DNA of 55,656 bases from Sulfurospirillum sp. (GCA_024762235.1 JANTHT010000002.1:1-55656); one strand, 5' to 3'. Shown: positions 29,101 through 38,155, counted from the first letter of the stretch. Program-made: numbers and translations. Notes: generated by a model not told the origin, from the sequence alone.

Positions 29101-30618
29101 GAACTTCTGTTTAAAAAAGTCACTGAAATTGCGCTGCTTTTGAGAAAATGCGGCAAGTGGCGTATCGTCACCCATCGCACCGGTATTCTCCTTGCCATCG
29201 CGCATCATCGGCTCGATGACCATCTCCAGTATCTCTTCGGTGATATTCGCCAGACGCTGCTTCTGTGACAAACCCTCTATCTCATAACACTTGATTTCAC
29301 TGAAGGGGAGTTCGACATACTCCTGCAGGTAGGTCATGTTCTGGTTGAGCCATTCGGCATAGTTGTTTGTCGATTTGAGATAGTTGTCTATCTCGCCCGA
29401 CTTCATGATCTTTCCGAACTTCAGATCGACCCCGATCATCTCGCCGCTCTGTAATCTGCCACGCTCGATCACTGAAGCTTCATCGACATCGAGTACGCCG
29501 TACTCGCTGGTGATGATGATACGGTCGTCTCTGGTGATGATATATTTTGCGGGGCGCAGTCCGTTTCTGTCCAGAACACAGCCGATGTAACGTCCGTCTG
29601 TCAGACTCACCGCGGCCGGGCCGTCCCATGCTTCGAAACAGGTACTCATATATTCATAAAAAGCTCTCAGATGCGAATCCATATGCGGTGCATTCTGCCA
29701 TGGTGCCGGGATAAGTGCACGCGCTGCCTTGAAAAAGTCAACGCCGTTGACTATCAGAAATTCAAACATGTTGTCGAGGCTGGCACTGTCGCTCATATCA
29801 TTTCCTGTTATCGGAAAACACGCTTCCAGCTCTTTTTTTGAAAAGATATTGCTCTCTATCCACTCACTCTTTGCTTCTGCATTGAAACGATTTGCCGAGA
29901 TGGAATTGATCTCACCGTTGTGTGCGATCGCACGAAAGGGTTGTGCCAGTTTCCACTTGGGAAGCGTATTGGTGGAAAAACGCTGGTGGAAGAGTGCAAA
30001 GCCCACTTTGAAATCAGGGCTGCTCAGATCTTTGTAAAACTCCCTGATATGTGTCGGCATCACCAGCCCTTTATAGGAGATGACACTCGATGAGAACGAA
30101 GGAATATAGAAATCATCATCCTCTTTGAAATGGTGCTCCAGCTGCCTTCTGGTAAGGTAAAGCAGTGCATCAAAACGCTTGGTCGCAATGATGGAGTTGG
30201 GCGACATAAAAACCTGCACGATTGTCGGCAGGGAAGCAAGTGCCTGCTCACCCAGCGCGTTGGTATCTACGGGGACTTCTCTAAAAAGCTGTACTTTGAT
30301 GTCGTTATCGGCACAAATCTCTCTTACCGCCTCTTTCTGATTCTCATCTGAAAGAAAGAGCATACCGACGGCAAACTGTTCGGGCAGGTCAACGCCCGCC
30401 TCTGCGGCCACTCTCTTCATAAACTCTGTCGGCATGCCGAACAGGAGTCCGCTTCCGTCACCACTCTTTCCATCCGCGGCGATCGCACCGCGATGCATCA
30501 TGCGCTCCAGCGAAACGATCGCATCTTCAACATTCTGGTGGGAAGGGATATTGTGAATATTCGCGAGCAGTCCGAAACCGCAGTTGTCTTTAAAGCTTCT
30601 GAGTAAATCCATAAACAA
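26188..30618 (-). CDS. gltB: Glutamate synthase large subunit
   Basis: 1476 aa. Ntn amidotransferase N-terminus (CGFGLLA), FMN/3Fe-4S central domain (GEGG...PPPHHDIYSIEDL) and a C-terminal GXGXG beta-helix. Confidence 0.95.
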   Translation of the reverse strand: MFMDLLRSFKDNCGFGLLANIHNIPSHQNVEDAIVSLERMMHRGAIAADGKSGDGSGLLFGMPTEFMKRVAAEAGVDLPEQFAVGMLFLSDENQKEAVREICADNDIKVQLFREVPVDTNALGEQALASLPTIVQVFMSPNSIIATKRFDALLYLTRRQLEHHFKEDDDFYIPSFSSSVISYKGLVMPTHIREFYKDLSSPDFKVGFALFHQRFSTNTLPKWKLAQPFRAIAHNGEINSISANRFNAEAKSEWIESNIFSKKELEACFPITGNDMSDSASLDNMFEFLIVNGVDFFKAARALIPAPWQNAPHMDSHLRAFYEYMSTCFEAWDGPAAVSLTDGRYIGCVLDRNGLRPAKYIITRDDRIIITSEYGVLDVDEASVIERGRLQSGEMIGVDLKFGKIMKSGEIDNYLKSTNNYAEWLNQNMTYLQEYVELPFSEIKCYEIEGLSQKQRLANITEEILEMVIEPMMRDGKENTGAMGDDTPLAAFSQKQRNFSDFFKQKFAQVTNPPIDPIRERVVMSLNTGFGEIRNILCEDPEHAIRLKAISPILMEEKYNVLLSFGDEKHPRYKKEYKNRVFSTLFDQDLKGSLEKLVREVVRSVREDDIRIIILDDRCEGERMKHMPMLMVVGRLNKVLLEEGLRHLTSTIAVTGEAVDSHACATLIAYGANAIYPYLLYASVLQLCKRNRIEGYEQKHAFKNVHQSLGAGLLKIMSKMGIATIASYRNSSLFDVIGLGRDIVGDCFSDSHLLIPGLSYDDIEARVERDYQNATVIESRSKLFPLEIGGIHRYVHGNEHHDYSPAVVSSLQTACKSGKTEDFKSFADTVNGRGLKMIRDFFLFESDRQPVSLDKVEPKEEIFKRFCSAAMSLGSISPEAHEALGEAMNRIGAQSNSGEGGEAPERLYSPKRSKIKQIASGRFGVTPEYLRSAEEIQIKVAQGAKPGEGGQLPGHKVTPLIASLRYTIPGVTLISPPPHHDIYSIEDLAQLIFDLKQINPDATVTVKLVSTAGVGTIAAGVAKAYADKIVISGGDGGTGAAPLTSIKNAGNPWELGLSEAHNALKVNGLREFVHLQTDGGLKTGLDVVKAAMLGAESYAFGTASLTMEGCRILRLCHTNKCTVGVATQDEMLREHFVGTVDRIINFFTLLAEDVRSIMASLGYTSLEELIGRSDLMRVSEDPFAEKFDFSSVLKQVEGPNTCQKESNEPFDKNRFEKEILKDVYKVIENPKESIVINKKISNLNRSFGTLISGEIARYYGNTGLPDNSITFKLEGITGQSLGAFLIKGISIYVRGAGNDYVGKGMNGGKIVITPQTQSELFSCAGNTCLYGATGGKLFVAGSIGERFAVRNSGAIAVVEGTGDHACEYMTGGVVVILGKTGVNFGAGMTGGVAFIYDEEREFFDNLNQELVNATRIDTDESDEERHYIKKLLREYINETASKKAEYILDNFRHTLRDFWIVRPKDMRKTPLNPDEGD

Positions 30619-30638
30619 CCTTTAATAAAAAGTTGCTT

Positions 30639-30644
30639 ATTATA
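30639..30644 (-). promoter_or_regulatory. Candidate -10 box TATAAT for gltB
   Basis: The reverse complement of ATTATA lies about 20 nt upstream of ATG 30618, with an AAAGG RBS in between. Confidence 0.3.
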
Positions 30645-30689
30645 GCCAAGAGGTGGTAAAATTCTCTTTAATTTTTGCCAGGAAGGCCT

Positions 30690-31307
30690 ATGCAGGGGTA
30701 TATACTAAACATCGTTCGTGTCAGGGAAGAAGACCTTCTGGTAACCCTCTTAACACAAAACAGGTTAAAAACAGTTTACAGGTTTTACGGCGCCCGGCAT
30801 GCCAGTATCAATCTCGGGTACAAAATCGACTTTGAAATACACAAAAGTCTCAAATCTACCATTGGAATGCTCAGGGAAGTACTCCATCTCAGTACACCAT
30901 GGCTGGCTGATTTTCAGAAGTTCTATCTCTGGCAGCAGTTCATCAAACTGCTTTATCAGCATCTCAGAGATGTCGAGACAGTCGATCCCTTCTATTATGA
31001 AATGCTCGATACGACAAGCCATCGTTTTCTCAGACAAAATCCAAAACGCTGCATCGTAGAATCCTATGTCAGTCTGCTTCGGCACGAGGGAAGACTGCAA
31101 AGCGATTTTCTCTGTTTTCTCTGCAACACACCCATCGAGGAGGAACCAATACTCGCAAGAGGTTTTCTGCCTGCGCATCGGCGATGTCTCAGTGGTACAG
31201 TACTTTCGAAACAGAAACTGGAGATTCTCTTTGAAGAAGGGCATACCCTCTTTTTTTCAGACGCGGAGATTGATATACTCTGGAAAATTATCGAAGAGGG
31301 GCTATAG
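30690..31307 (+). CDS. recO: DNA repair protein RecO (short epsilonproteobacterial type)
   Basis: MQGYILNIVRVREEDLLVTLLT...YRFYGARH, an OB-fold N-terminus, and a C-terminal Cys cluster CFLC...HRRC. ATG 30690 follows AGGAAGG. Confidence 0.7.
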   Translation: MQGYILNIVRVREEDLLVTLLTQNRLKTVYRFYGARHASINLGYKIDFEIHKSLKSTIGMLREVLHLSTPWLADFQKFYLWQQFIKLLYQHLRDVETVDPFYYEMLDTTSHRFLRQNPKRCIVESYVSLLRHEGRLQSDFLCFLCNTPIEEEPILARGFLPAHRRCLSGTVLSKQKLEILFEEGHTLFFSDAEIDILWKIIEEGL

Positions 31308-31661
31308 TTTCGTCAGCAAACCTTCGCAAAAAGTGTCGAAATCTTCCAATACCCAGCTTCCCTCCCGTTGTTTGGCGCCCCACATCGGTTCCGGGAAAAA
31401 GGAGTCATTTTGAAAACGTGCCATGATATGAAAATGCAGATGCGGCACATAGTTGCCAAATGAAGCAATATTGATCTTATCAGGCTTGTAGAAAGAGAGC
31501 ATCTCTTTTTCGATCAAATCGAGTACTCTCCAGATCTCCTCTTTGACTTCGGCCGGGGCTTCACTCAACTCTTTATAGGGTTGCTGTGTGAAGATCTTCA
31601 GCCATGGTATCTCAGAAGTTTCGACCTCGATACGGATCAAATCGTTCTGATAGAGTGCCAT
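31302..31661 (-). CDS. HIT-family (histidine triad) protein
   Basis: Histidine triad HLHFHIMARF. The start ATG forms a TGATG overlap with the fabH stop. Confidence 0.8.
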   Translation of the reverse strand: MALYQNDLIRIEVETSEIPWLKIFTQQPYKELSEAPAEVKEEIWRVLDLIEKEMLSFYKPDKINIASFGNYVPHLHFHIMARFQNDSFFPEPMWGAKQREGSWVLEDFDTFCEGLLTKL

Positions 31662-32656
31662 CAATCTCTCTGGTTGAAATAGACCAGTGCACTGCCCCAT
31701 GTCAAACCGCCCCCGAACGTATCGAGCAGCATCAGATCGCCATGTTTGAGTTTGCCGCTTTCGTACCAGTCGTTGATCGCCATCGGGATCGAAGCAGCCG
31801 AGGTATTGCCATATTTGTGGACTGTCAGGACTACCTGCTCTTTGGTAAACTTCAACTTTCTACCTACAGCGTCGATAATACGGAAATTGGCCTGATGCGG
31901 TACAAAAAAGTCGATATGTTCGCTTGAAAGGCTGTTTTTTTCCAAAATGCGCGTGACATCTTTGGTAAGTGTATTGACCGCCAGTTTGAATGTCTCGTTA
32001 CCCTTCATCTTCAAGTAGTGCAGGTGTCTGTCGATCACGTCGGGTGAGCAGGGGTTTTTCACACCTCCTCCGGGTGTAATCAGGAAATCCTGAAAAGCAC
32101 CGTCGGCCGAGGTATGGATATCGAGCAGCGAAGCCTCTCTCTCTTCCGTGGTACCGATAATCGCCGCACCGGCACCGTCACCGAACAGAATACAGGTGGT
32201 CCGATCGCTGTAATCGATGATCGCACTCAATTTCTCTGCCCCGATGATCAGAACATTCTTTTTCAACCCCGACTCTATAAACGCTTTGGCGATATTGAGC
32301 GCATAGACAAAACCGCTGCATGCTGCTGAGATATCGAAAGCCATCACATTGCTGATGCCGAGTTTGTCTGCGATGACACAGGCGGTCGACGGCATGCACA
32401 GATAGTCCGGTGTGATCGTCGCGCAGATGATCATATCGATCTCCTCTTTTGCAAGACCGCTGCGCGATATCGCCAGTTCGGCAGCTTTCGCACCCAGGTC
32501 ACTGGTATACTCATCCTCGGCAGCGATATATCTGTTCTCGATTCCTGTACGCTGTCTGATCCACTCGTCGCTGGTATCCACCATCTTTTCAAGATCCCTG
32601 TTGGTCAAACTCTTCGAAGGCACATAAGCACCTATGGCTTTAAACGAGGCGTACAA
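31661..32656 (-). CDS. fabH: 3-oxoacyl-ACP synthase III
   Basis: [13 protein letters not shown], active-site block [13 protein letters not shown], then PHQANFRII and [12 protein letters not shown] start 32656 lies 6 nt after AAGGA and 11 nt after the plsX stop. The track ORF extends further upstream over plsX. Confidence 0.9.
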   Translation of the reverse strand: MYASFKAIGAYVPSKSLTNRDLEKMVDTSDEWIRQRTGIENRYIAAEDEYTSDLGAKAAELAISRSGLAKEEIDMIICATITPDYLCMPSTACVIADKLGISNVMAFDISAACSGFVYALNIAKAFIESGLKKNVLIIGAEKLSAIIDYSDRTTCILFGDGAGAAIIGTTEEREASLLDIHTSADGAFQDFLITPGGGVKNPCSPDVIDRHLHYLKMKGNETFKLAVNTLTKDVTRILEKNSLSSEHIDFFVPHQANFRIIDAVGRKLKFTKEQVVLTVHKYGNTSAASIPMAINDWYESGKLKHGDLMLLDTFGGGLTWGSALVYFNQRD

Positions 32657-32667
32657 AGTGAATCCTT

Positions 32668-33666
32668 TTAATCGATATTGTAGCGGGCTATCTTGTCGGC
32701 AATATCCTGATTGATATCCGAATCGGCAAATGATATAGCCTGATATATTGCATTTTTGATCGCGATATGATTGCTTTTGCCATGACATATGATCGTCGGT
32801 TTTTTGACGCCTATCAACGGCGCTCCGCCATACTCGGCATAATCTATCTGTTTTTTCAGAAGTTTGAATACACGGCGCATCAACAGGGCACCCGTCAACG
32901 CTCCGGGGGAGCGCTTGATATTCATCTTGATCAGTTTGGAGATCGAACTCGCGACCCCTTCACTCGTTTTGAGGAGTATGTTGCCCACGAACCCGTCACA
33001 CACTATTACATCGACACTGTCATTGAAGATATCGTTACCTTCCACATTGCCGACGAAAGAGTCCATCACACGAAGCATCTTATAGGTCGCTTTGGTCACC
33101 TCGTTTCCCTTGGACTCCTCTTCTCCGTTGGAGAGAAGCCCCACTCTGGGTGACGGTACTTTCAACACATCGGCAGCATATGTCTCGCCCAGTATCGCGA
33201 ACTGGAAAAGATGTTCAGGTTTGCAGTCGGTGTTCGCCCCTACATCCAGTACAAGACTCTTTCCTCCGGTCTGGGTCGGCATGAGCGTCGCGATCGCGGG
33301 ACGCTGCACACCGGGAATACGACCGATACGAAGTGTCGCAAGGCTCATCGTCGCGCCGCTGTGTCCGGCCGATACAAGCGCATCAGCTTCACCGTTTCGC
33401 ACCAGTTCGATCGTCTTGTAGATAGAGGAACTTTTCCTTTTCAGCACATCTGTAGCACTCTCGTCCATACCGAAAACATCCGTCGCTTCGACGATATCTA
33501 TATACTGAGCATATTTTCTGGGTATCTTCTCTCTGAATGTGGAGGAGTCGCCTACCAGGATGACGCGAAACTTTTGTTTACTTTTTTTGAGTGCGAGAAG
33601 GGTCCCTTTCAGGTTGGGTGCAGCACCGAAGTCTCCACCCATCGCATCGACTGCTATTGTGTACAT
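32668..33666 (-). CDS. plsX: Phosphate acyltransferase PlsX
   Basis: Starts [12 protein letters not shown]; also contains SAGHSGA and [10 protein letters not shown]. Confidence 0.95.
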   Translation of the reverse strand: MYTIAVDAMGGDFGAAPNLKGTLLALKKSKQKFRVILVGDSSTFREKIPRKYAQYIDIVEATDVFGMDESATDVLKRKSSSIYKTIELVRNGEADALVSAGHSGATMSLATLRIGRIPGVQRPAIATLMPTQTGGKSLVLDVGANTDCKPEHLFQFAILGETYAADVLKVPSPRVGLLSNGEEESKGNEVTKATYKMLRVMDSFVGNVEGNDIFNDSVDVIVCDGFVGNILLKTSEGVASSISKLIKMNIKRSPGALTGALLMRRVFKLLKKQIDYAEYGGAPLIGVKKPTIICHGKSNHIAIKNAIYQAISFADSDINQDIADKIARYNID

Positions 33667-33672
33667 ATCAGG

Positions 33673-33825
33673 CTATGCTTTGTATTCACCTGTAATTTTG
33701 TTGATGCGGTGCGGCATTCTCCATGTTCCATCTGCATCTTTCACCGGTTTTGGAAGTCGTAACTTGTAGTGTGTTCTTCTTTTTGCCGCTCTTGTCTTAC
33801 TGACACGTCTCTTTGGTACTGCCAT
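33673..33825 (-). CDS. rpmF: 50S ribosomal protein L32
   Basis: Hand translation of the minus strand gives [50 protein letters not shown] (50 aa). It is below the ORF-track length cutoff. It lies between yceD and plsX, which is the usual position. Confidence 0.9.
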   Translation of the reverse strand: MAVPKRRVSKTRAAKRRTHYKLRLPKPVKDADGTWRMPHRINKITGEYKA

Positions 33826-33827
33826 GA

Positions 33828-34187
33828 TTATTCTCCTTGATTTTCTTTACATGCCGGACAGAGGTGATAGTCACTTCTGACGGTCTCTATTTCGGATACT
33901 GCGATAGCATCAAAGTCTACCACATGATCGAAAAACTCAATGACATCGAGGTCTTCTCCTTCAAAGCGCCCATCGGCAATCTGAAGGGTCATATCCTCGT
34001 CGATCACATGCTCATACTCACTGGCACATCTGTCGCACTGCAGTCGACTTTCTGCACTGAGATGAAAAGTGATCTCAACAACTTTCTGCGAGAGTTTGCG
34101 AAAACTCCCTTCACATCGATACCCCTCCCTCTCCAGCAGAAAAGGGGTGGGATTCGGAGTGATTTTCCGAAACTCTATCTTCATCAA
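33828..34187 (-). CDS. yceD: YceD/DUF177 family protein (23S rRNA accumulation)
   Basis: 119 aa with CDRC...CPAC cysteine pairs. It is immediately upstream of rpmF, the canonical DUF177 context. Confidence 0.75.
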   Translation of the reverse strand: MMKIEFRKITPNPTPFLLEREGYRCEGSFRKLSQKVVEITFHLSAESRLQCDRCASEYEHVIDEDMTLQIADGRFEGEDLDVIEFFDHVVDFDAIAVSEIETVRSDYHLCPACKENQGE

Positions 34188-34203
34188 TAGCTTTTATAAT
34201 TTC

Positions 34204-34617
34204 TTATAATATCTCAATATCGCTAAAGAAATACTTTATCTCACGTTTGGCACTCTCGGCAGAATCGCTTCCATGCACTGCATTCGCATCGATACTCTCC
34301 GCGAAATCGGCTCTGATCGTTCCCGCAGCCGCCTCTTTGGGATTTGTCGCACCCATCAACTCACGGTTTTTTGCGATCGCATTTTCGCCTTCGAGCACCA
34401 TGACCACAACCGGACCGCTTGTCATGAACGCTACCAGATCTCCGAAAAAAGGTCTCTCTTTGTGTTCGGCATAAAATCCGCCTGCCGTATCGTCATCAAG
34501 TTTGATCTTTTTTATCGCTGCGATCCGCAGGCCGTTTGTCTCGAATCTCTCAATTATCTTTCCGATAACACCTTTTTGTACTGCATCAGGTTTGATGATG
34601 GATAGTGTCTGTTCCAT
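34204..34617 (-). CDS. ndk: Nucleoside diphosphate kinase
   Basis: Starts [13 protein letters not shown]; also contains GATNP and the NAVHGSDS active-site histidine. The start is an internal ATG of the track ORF. Confidence 0.95.
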   Translation of the reverse strand: MEQTLSIIKPDAVQKGVIGKIIERFETNGLRIAAIKKIKLDDDTAGGFYAEHKERPFFGDLVAFMTSGPVVVMVLEGENAIAKNRELMGATNPKEAAAGTIRADFAESIDANAVHGSDSAESAKREIKYFFSDIEIL

Positions 34618-34732
34618 AAAATTCACTCCAGGTTTCATTAATCTGTAAATAAAGGCTGAGAGTATATCAAATGAAATCTATAATAAAGTTTAAAGAGGAT
34701 AAAAGTGGAAAATTCGGAATGATTTTGAGAAG

Positions 34733-34758
34733 GGGCAGCCCATCTATGCGCCGCCCCG
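34733..34758 (-). terminator. GC-rich hairpin downstream of the ferredoxin gene
   Basis: Minus strand GGGGCGGC-N10-GCUGCCCC, followed by UUCUCAAAAUCAUU, which is only a partial U-tract. Confidence 0.4.
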
Positions 34759-34774
34759 GAGTGTTTTGCTGCTG

Positions 34775-35050
34775 TTAATCTTCGATAACAGGCTCGCCTT
34801 TTTCCCCTCTCTCTTCAGAGCAGGTCATACCTTCGTCACAGTCACCCCATACGATACATCCTTCAGTAGGACATGCTTCCGCACATGCAGGTGTATCATG
34901 GTAACCGACACACTCGACACATTTGTCAGGGTAGACGTAGTAGATCTCTTCTCCCGTTGGGTTATCCTCGTCGTCGACGATCGCCTCAACCGGACACTCA
35001 TCGATGCAAGCACCGCAATTGATACAAGTATCTGTAATTGTTACTGCCAT
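34775..35050 (-). CDS. fdxA: 4Fe-4S ferredoxin (FdxA-like)
   Basis: 91 aa. Cluster motifs CINCGACIDECP and CVECVGYHDTPACAEACP, with an acidic tail. The ndk-fdxA position matches C. jejuni. Confidence 0.85.
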   Translation of the reverse strand: MAVTITDTCINCGACIDECPVEAIVDDEDNPTGEEIYYVYPDKCVECVGYHDTPACAEACPTEGCIVWGDCDEGMTCSEERGEKGEPVIED

Positions 35051-35084
35051 TTTTTTCTCCTTGACTTTAATTAAGTTGATCTTT

Positions 35085-35093
35085 ACTATACCA
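35085..35093 (-). promoter_or_regulatory. Extended -10 element TGgTATAGT for fdxA
   Basis: The reverse complement of ACTATACCA lies about 35 nt upstream of the fdxA ATG, with an AAGGAG RBS. The coordinate is +/-1 nt. Confidence 0.4.
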
Positions 35094-35129
35094 CATCAGG
35101 CTTGAAAAATTTCCTAAAACCCCGCTCTA

Positions 35130-36293
35130 TTAGTGTGGGAGTCCGAAAAAGTCCCTGATTTGTGACACTTTATCTATCTTTTCCCAACTGAAATGCGCCT
35201 CTTCTCTTCCGAAATGCCCGTAAGCAGCCGTCTTTTTGTAGATCGGTCTAAGCAGATCGAGACTCTCGATGATCCCTCTGGGTGTCAGACGGAAAAATTC
35301 CCTTACGCATCTTTCCAGTTTCGTATCGTCCACACAGGAGGTGCCGTGCGTATCCACCAGAATCGACACCGGCTCGACCACACCTATAGCGTATGCCAGC
35401 TGAATCGTCGCCCTGTCGCATACACCTGCAGCCACGAGATTTTTGGCGATATAGCGTGCCATATAGGCCGCACTTCTGTCCACCTTGGAGGGATCTTTGC
35501 CACTGAAAGCGCCGCCGCCGTGCGGACAGCTTCCGCCATAGGTATCGACGATGATCTTTCTACCCGTCAACCCCGCGTCACCCTGCGGTCCGCCGATCAC
35601 AAAACGCCCTGTCGGATTGATGTGGTACTTGATATTGTCTGTTTTGATGTTGTCCGGAAGGTTCCGCTTTACGATCTCCTCAATCACCGCCTCTTTGAGC
35701 GTACTCTGCTCCACACTGGGTGCATGCTGAGTGGAGATGACCACCGTATCTACTTCTGCAGGCTTACCATCCACATAGCGAATGCTTACCTGCGCCTTGC
35801 CGTCTGGACGAAGGAAAGGAATCGTACCGCTTTTTCTCGCTCTGGCCAGCCCCTGTGTCAATCTGTGCGCCATATGAATAGGCAGCGGCATCAACACATC
35901 TGTCTCCCTGCATGCATATCCGAACATGAGCCCCTGGTCTCCGGCGCCTATCTCACCGCCCGCCTGATCGACACCCTGGTTGATATCGACACTCTGTTCG
36001 CCGACACCGTTGAGCACACCCGCACTACGATAATCGAAACCATACTGTGCATCGGTATAACCGATCTCGCGTACCACTTCTCTTGCGATATCCTGCATCG
36101 GCGCATATGTAGTCGTTTTCAACTCTCCCGCAATGACACAAAAACCGTTGGAGAGTAGCGTTTCACAAGCCACTCTGGCATTGGGGTCCCGTTCGATGAT
36201 ATAATCGAGAATCGCATCACTGATCTGATCGGCCATCTTGTCCGGATGCCCTTCAGTCACCGATTCACTGGTAAACAAAAAGTTTTTCAACAT
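35130..36293 (-). CDS. metK: S-adenosylmethionine synthase
   Basis: Blocks [28 protein letters not shown] and DRSAAY. Confidence 0.95.
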   Translation of the reverse strand: MLKNFLFTSESVTEGHPDKMADQISDAILDYIIERDPNARVACETLLSNGFCVIAGELKTTTYAPMQDIAREVVREIGYTDAQYGFDYRSAGVLNGVGEQSVDINQGVDQAGGEIGAGDQGLMFGYACRETDVLMPLPIHMAHRLTQGLARARKSGTIPFLRPDGKAQVSIRYVDGKPAEVDTVVISTQHAPSVEQSTLKEAVIEEIVKRNLPDNIKTDNIKYHINPTGRFVIGGPQGDAGLTGRKIIVDTYGGSCPHGGGAFSGKDPSKVDRSAAYMARYIAKNLVAAGVCDRATIQLAYAIGVVEPVSILVDTHGTSCVDDTKLERCVREFFRLTPRGIIESLDLLRPIYKKTAAYGHFGREEAHFSWEKIDKVSQIRDFFGLPH

Positions 36294-36328
36294 GTATTAT
36301 CCCTATATGTTATCTCTGAAATTCCGCT

Positions 36329-36337
36329 ATTTTAGCA
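36329..36337 (-). promoter_or_regulatory. Extended -10 element TGcTAAAAT for metK
   Basis: The reverse complement of ATTTTAGCA lies about 36 nt upstream of ATG 36293. The leader is short and leaves no room for a riboswitch. Confidence 0.4.
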
Positions 36338-36440
36338 AAATAAATCTTTTGTGCCATTTTCAGAGAGATTTCCAACGCTGCTTCTTTGCACCCGTGCTTT
36401 TGAAAATATGATGCATCAAGATAGTTTAAGCCAATGTGAG

Positions 36441-36466
36441 ATAAAATTTTTCCGCAAATAAAATTT
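36441..36466 (+). promoter_or_regulatory. Direct repeat ATAAAATTT x2 (17-nt phase) in the ahpC upstream region; candidate operator
   Basis: gagATAAAATTTttccgcaaATAAAATTTcaaacaaaAGGAtacatcATG. The repeats are at 36441..36449 and 36458..36466. Confidence 0.3.
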
Positions 36467-36484
36467 CAAACAAAAGGATACATC

Positions 36485-37081
36485 ATGTTAGTGACCAACA
36501 AAGCACCTGACTTTACTGCAACCGCTGTACTCGGCGACAACACCATCGTAGAAGATTTCGAGCTGAGTGAAAACCTCGGAGAAAACGGCGCGGTACTCTT
36601 CTTCTATCCACTCGACTTCACTTTTGTATGTCCTTCAGAGATCATCGCTTTCGATCACAGACTGGAGGAATTCAAATCCAGAGGCATCGAAGTCATCGGA
36701 TGTTCCGTAGACAGCCACTTCACACATCTTGCATGGAAAAACACACCGGTAAGCGAAGGCGGAATCGGACAGGTCAAATACCCTCTGGTAGCAGATCTGA
36801 CAAAAAAGATCGCTAAAAAATATGATGTTCTTTTCAACAAAAGCATAGCGCTCAGAGGCTCTTTCCTGATCGACAAAAACAGAATCGTCAGACACGCCGT
36901 CATCAACGATCTTCCACTGGGAAGAAATATCGACGAAATGATCAGAATGATCGACGCGATGCTCTTCACAGACGAACATGGTGAAGTCTGCCCTGCAGGC
37001 TGGCACAAAGGTGAAGAGGGTATGAAAGCGGATACCGAAGGTGTTGCAGAATACCTTGCCAAACACGCGGAAGAACTCTAA
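36485..37081 (+). CDS. ahpC: Peroxiredoxin, typical 2-Cys (AhpC/TsaA)
   Basis: Peroxidatic Cys in FFYPLDFTFVCPSEI and resolving Cys in GEVCPAGW. 198 aa. Confidence 0.95.
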   Translation: MLVTNKAPDFTATAVLGDNTIVEDFELSENLGENGAVLFFYPLDFTFVCPSEIIAFDHRLEEFKSRGIEVIGCSVDSHFTHLAWKNTPVSEGGIGQVKYPLVADLTKKIAKKYDVLFNKSIALRGSFLIDKNRIVRHAVINDLPLGRNIDEMIRMIDAMLFTDEHGEVCPAGWHKGEEGMKADTEGVAEYLAKHAEEL

Positions 37082-37091
37082 TCACAGCGGT

Positions 37092-37118
37092 GAAGAAGTG
37101 TCGGTTTCGATCTTCTTC
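37092..37118 (+). terminator. Hairpin after ahpC (weak terminator candidate)
   Basis: GAAGAAG-N13-CTTCTTC begins 11 nt after the stop. No U-tract. Confidence 0.3.
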
Positions 37119-37151
37119 GCCCGCACCCCGAAACCACATCCAAACCGGCCA

Positions 37152-37187
37152 TAAAAAAAGGGGAAACCCGATTGACAGGCCTCCCCT
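37152..37187 (-). terminator. Rho-independent terminator of rplU
   Basis: Minus strand AGGGGA-GGCCUGUCAAUCGGGUU-UCCCCU followed by UUUUUUUAU. It begins about 24 nt after the rplU stop. Confidence 0.6.
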
Positions 37188-37210
37188 CACTATTTAGATA
37201 CAACCGAGGT

Positions 37211-37519
37211 TTACGCGGAAATCCCTGTAACTTTAACCCTCGTATACGCTCTTCTGAAACCTTTTTTCAGTTTGGAGTCTTTTCTTCTTCTCTTTTTGTA
37301 GATGATGACTTTTTTATCTTTGCCTTCAGCCACGACTTCAAGCTCTACTTTGGCACCTTCTACGAAAGGTGTACCTATCTTCAGCTCACCGTCATTGACA
37401 GCGAGGACTTCTGTAAGAGTGATTTTCTCTTTCGGGGAAGCGCCAAGTTTGTCGAGATTGATAAAATCTCCCTCCTGGACTTTATACTGCTTACCGCCGC
37501 TTTTTATGATAGCATACAT
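37211..37519 (-). CDS. rplU: 50S ribosomal protein L21
   Basis: Starts [19 protein letters not shown] prefer the second ATG because it gives 6-nt spacing from AAGGA. Confidence 0.95.
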   Translation of the reverse strand: MYAIIKSGGKQYKVQEGDFINLDKLGASPKEKITLTEVLAVNDGELKIGTPFVEGAKVELEVVAEGKDKKVIIYKKRRRKDSKLKKGFRRAYTRVKVTGISA

Positions 37520-37550
37520 CATATGTCCTTGTTTAAAATTTTGAAACGCG

Positions 37551-37556
37551 ATTTTA
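37551..37556 (-). promoter_or_regulatory. Candidate -10 box TAAAAT for rplU
   Basis: Minus strand TTTTGTAAAATCGCG, about 31 nt upstream of the ATG, in the 65-nt ridA-rplU spacer. Confidence 0.3.
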
Positions 37557-37587
37557 CAAAAAAAGTGTTTAATCGCAGGTTAAACGT

Positions 37588-37980
37588 TTAAAAGTGATAA
37601 TCTTCCAGTCCTGTAACAGCTATCGCATCGATCTCTATCCGTGCATTTTTCGGCAGCGTTCTGACTGCAACCGTACTGCGTGCGGGAAAAGATCCTGCGA
37701 AAAATTCAGCATAGACAGTATTGACAGCAATAAAATCGTCCATATCGGTCAGATAGATCGTTGTCTTGATAATCTTATCGAGTGCACTGCCCGCCGCTTC
37801 GAGGACTGCATTGAGGTTGGTGAGTACCTGTCGGGTCTGCTCATGAATATCCCCGTCGACCATCTTACCGTCAGGCGTGAGCGGGATCTGGCCTGAAGTG
37901 TATATGAAGCCGTTGACTTTGATCGCCTGTGAATAGGGTCCGATTGCAGCGGGGGCATTCTCTGTAGTGACGCGTTGCAT
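37588..37980 (-). CDS. ridA: RidA/YjgF-family enamine/imine deaminase
   Basis: Blocks APAAIGPYSQA, SGQIPL and PARSTVAV. 130 aa. Confidence 0.85.
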   Translation of the reverse strand: MQRVTTENAPAAIGPYSQAIKVNGFIYTSGQIPLTPDGKMVDGDIHEQTRQVLTNLNAVLEAAGSALDKIIKTTIYLTDMDDFIAVNTVYAEFFAGSFPARSTVAVRTLPKNARIEIDAIAVTGLEDYHF

Positions 37981-38117
37981 GTCTCTCCTTACATCTCATT
38001 TTTGGTCGATTATAGCACAAAAACGATAAACTGAAGGTATCGTTTTATCCCGAAAAGCGTATATCTATACCACATTTTTCCAAGTAGCAGCCAACTTAAA
38101 TATTATTTTAAACTTTT

Positions 38118-38128
38118 TGCTATATAAT
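38118..38128 (+). promoter_or_regulatory. Extended -10 element TGcTATATAAT for the downstream OMP gene
   Basis: ttTGcTATATAATatag lies about 28 nt upstream of ATG 38156. AAGGAG is at 38144..38149. Confidence 0.4.
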
Positions 38129-38155
38129 ATAGATAAGGAACTTAAGGAGTTTGTT

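Noticed and set aside
30673-30687. The exact 15-mer TTTTGCCAGGAAGGC is shared between the recO leader (+ strand) and the 19634..19648 hairpin (- strand). It could be a repeated regulatory element.
   Set aside because: For about 55 kb on both strands a few exact 15-mer coincidences are expected by chance (roughly 3e9 pairs against 4^15 = 1.1e9). Both copies contain an AGGAAGG Shine-Dalgarno-like core, which inflates the chance further. The flanks do not match.
36294-36400. Possible SAM riboswitch upstream of metK.
   Set aside because: The best -10 (TGcTAAAAT at 36329..36337) leaves a leader of only ~35 nt. I saw no SAM-I, SAM-II or SAM-V-like helices or conserved loops.
36966-37190. A 74-aa minus-strand ORF directly downstream of rplU, considered as a diverged L27 (rpmA).
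   Set aside because: It has no L27 N-terminal motif (AHKKG.GS..NGRDS). It mostly runs antisense to the ahpC 3' end and begins inside the rplU terminator hairpin.
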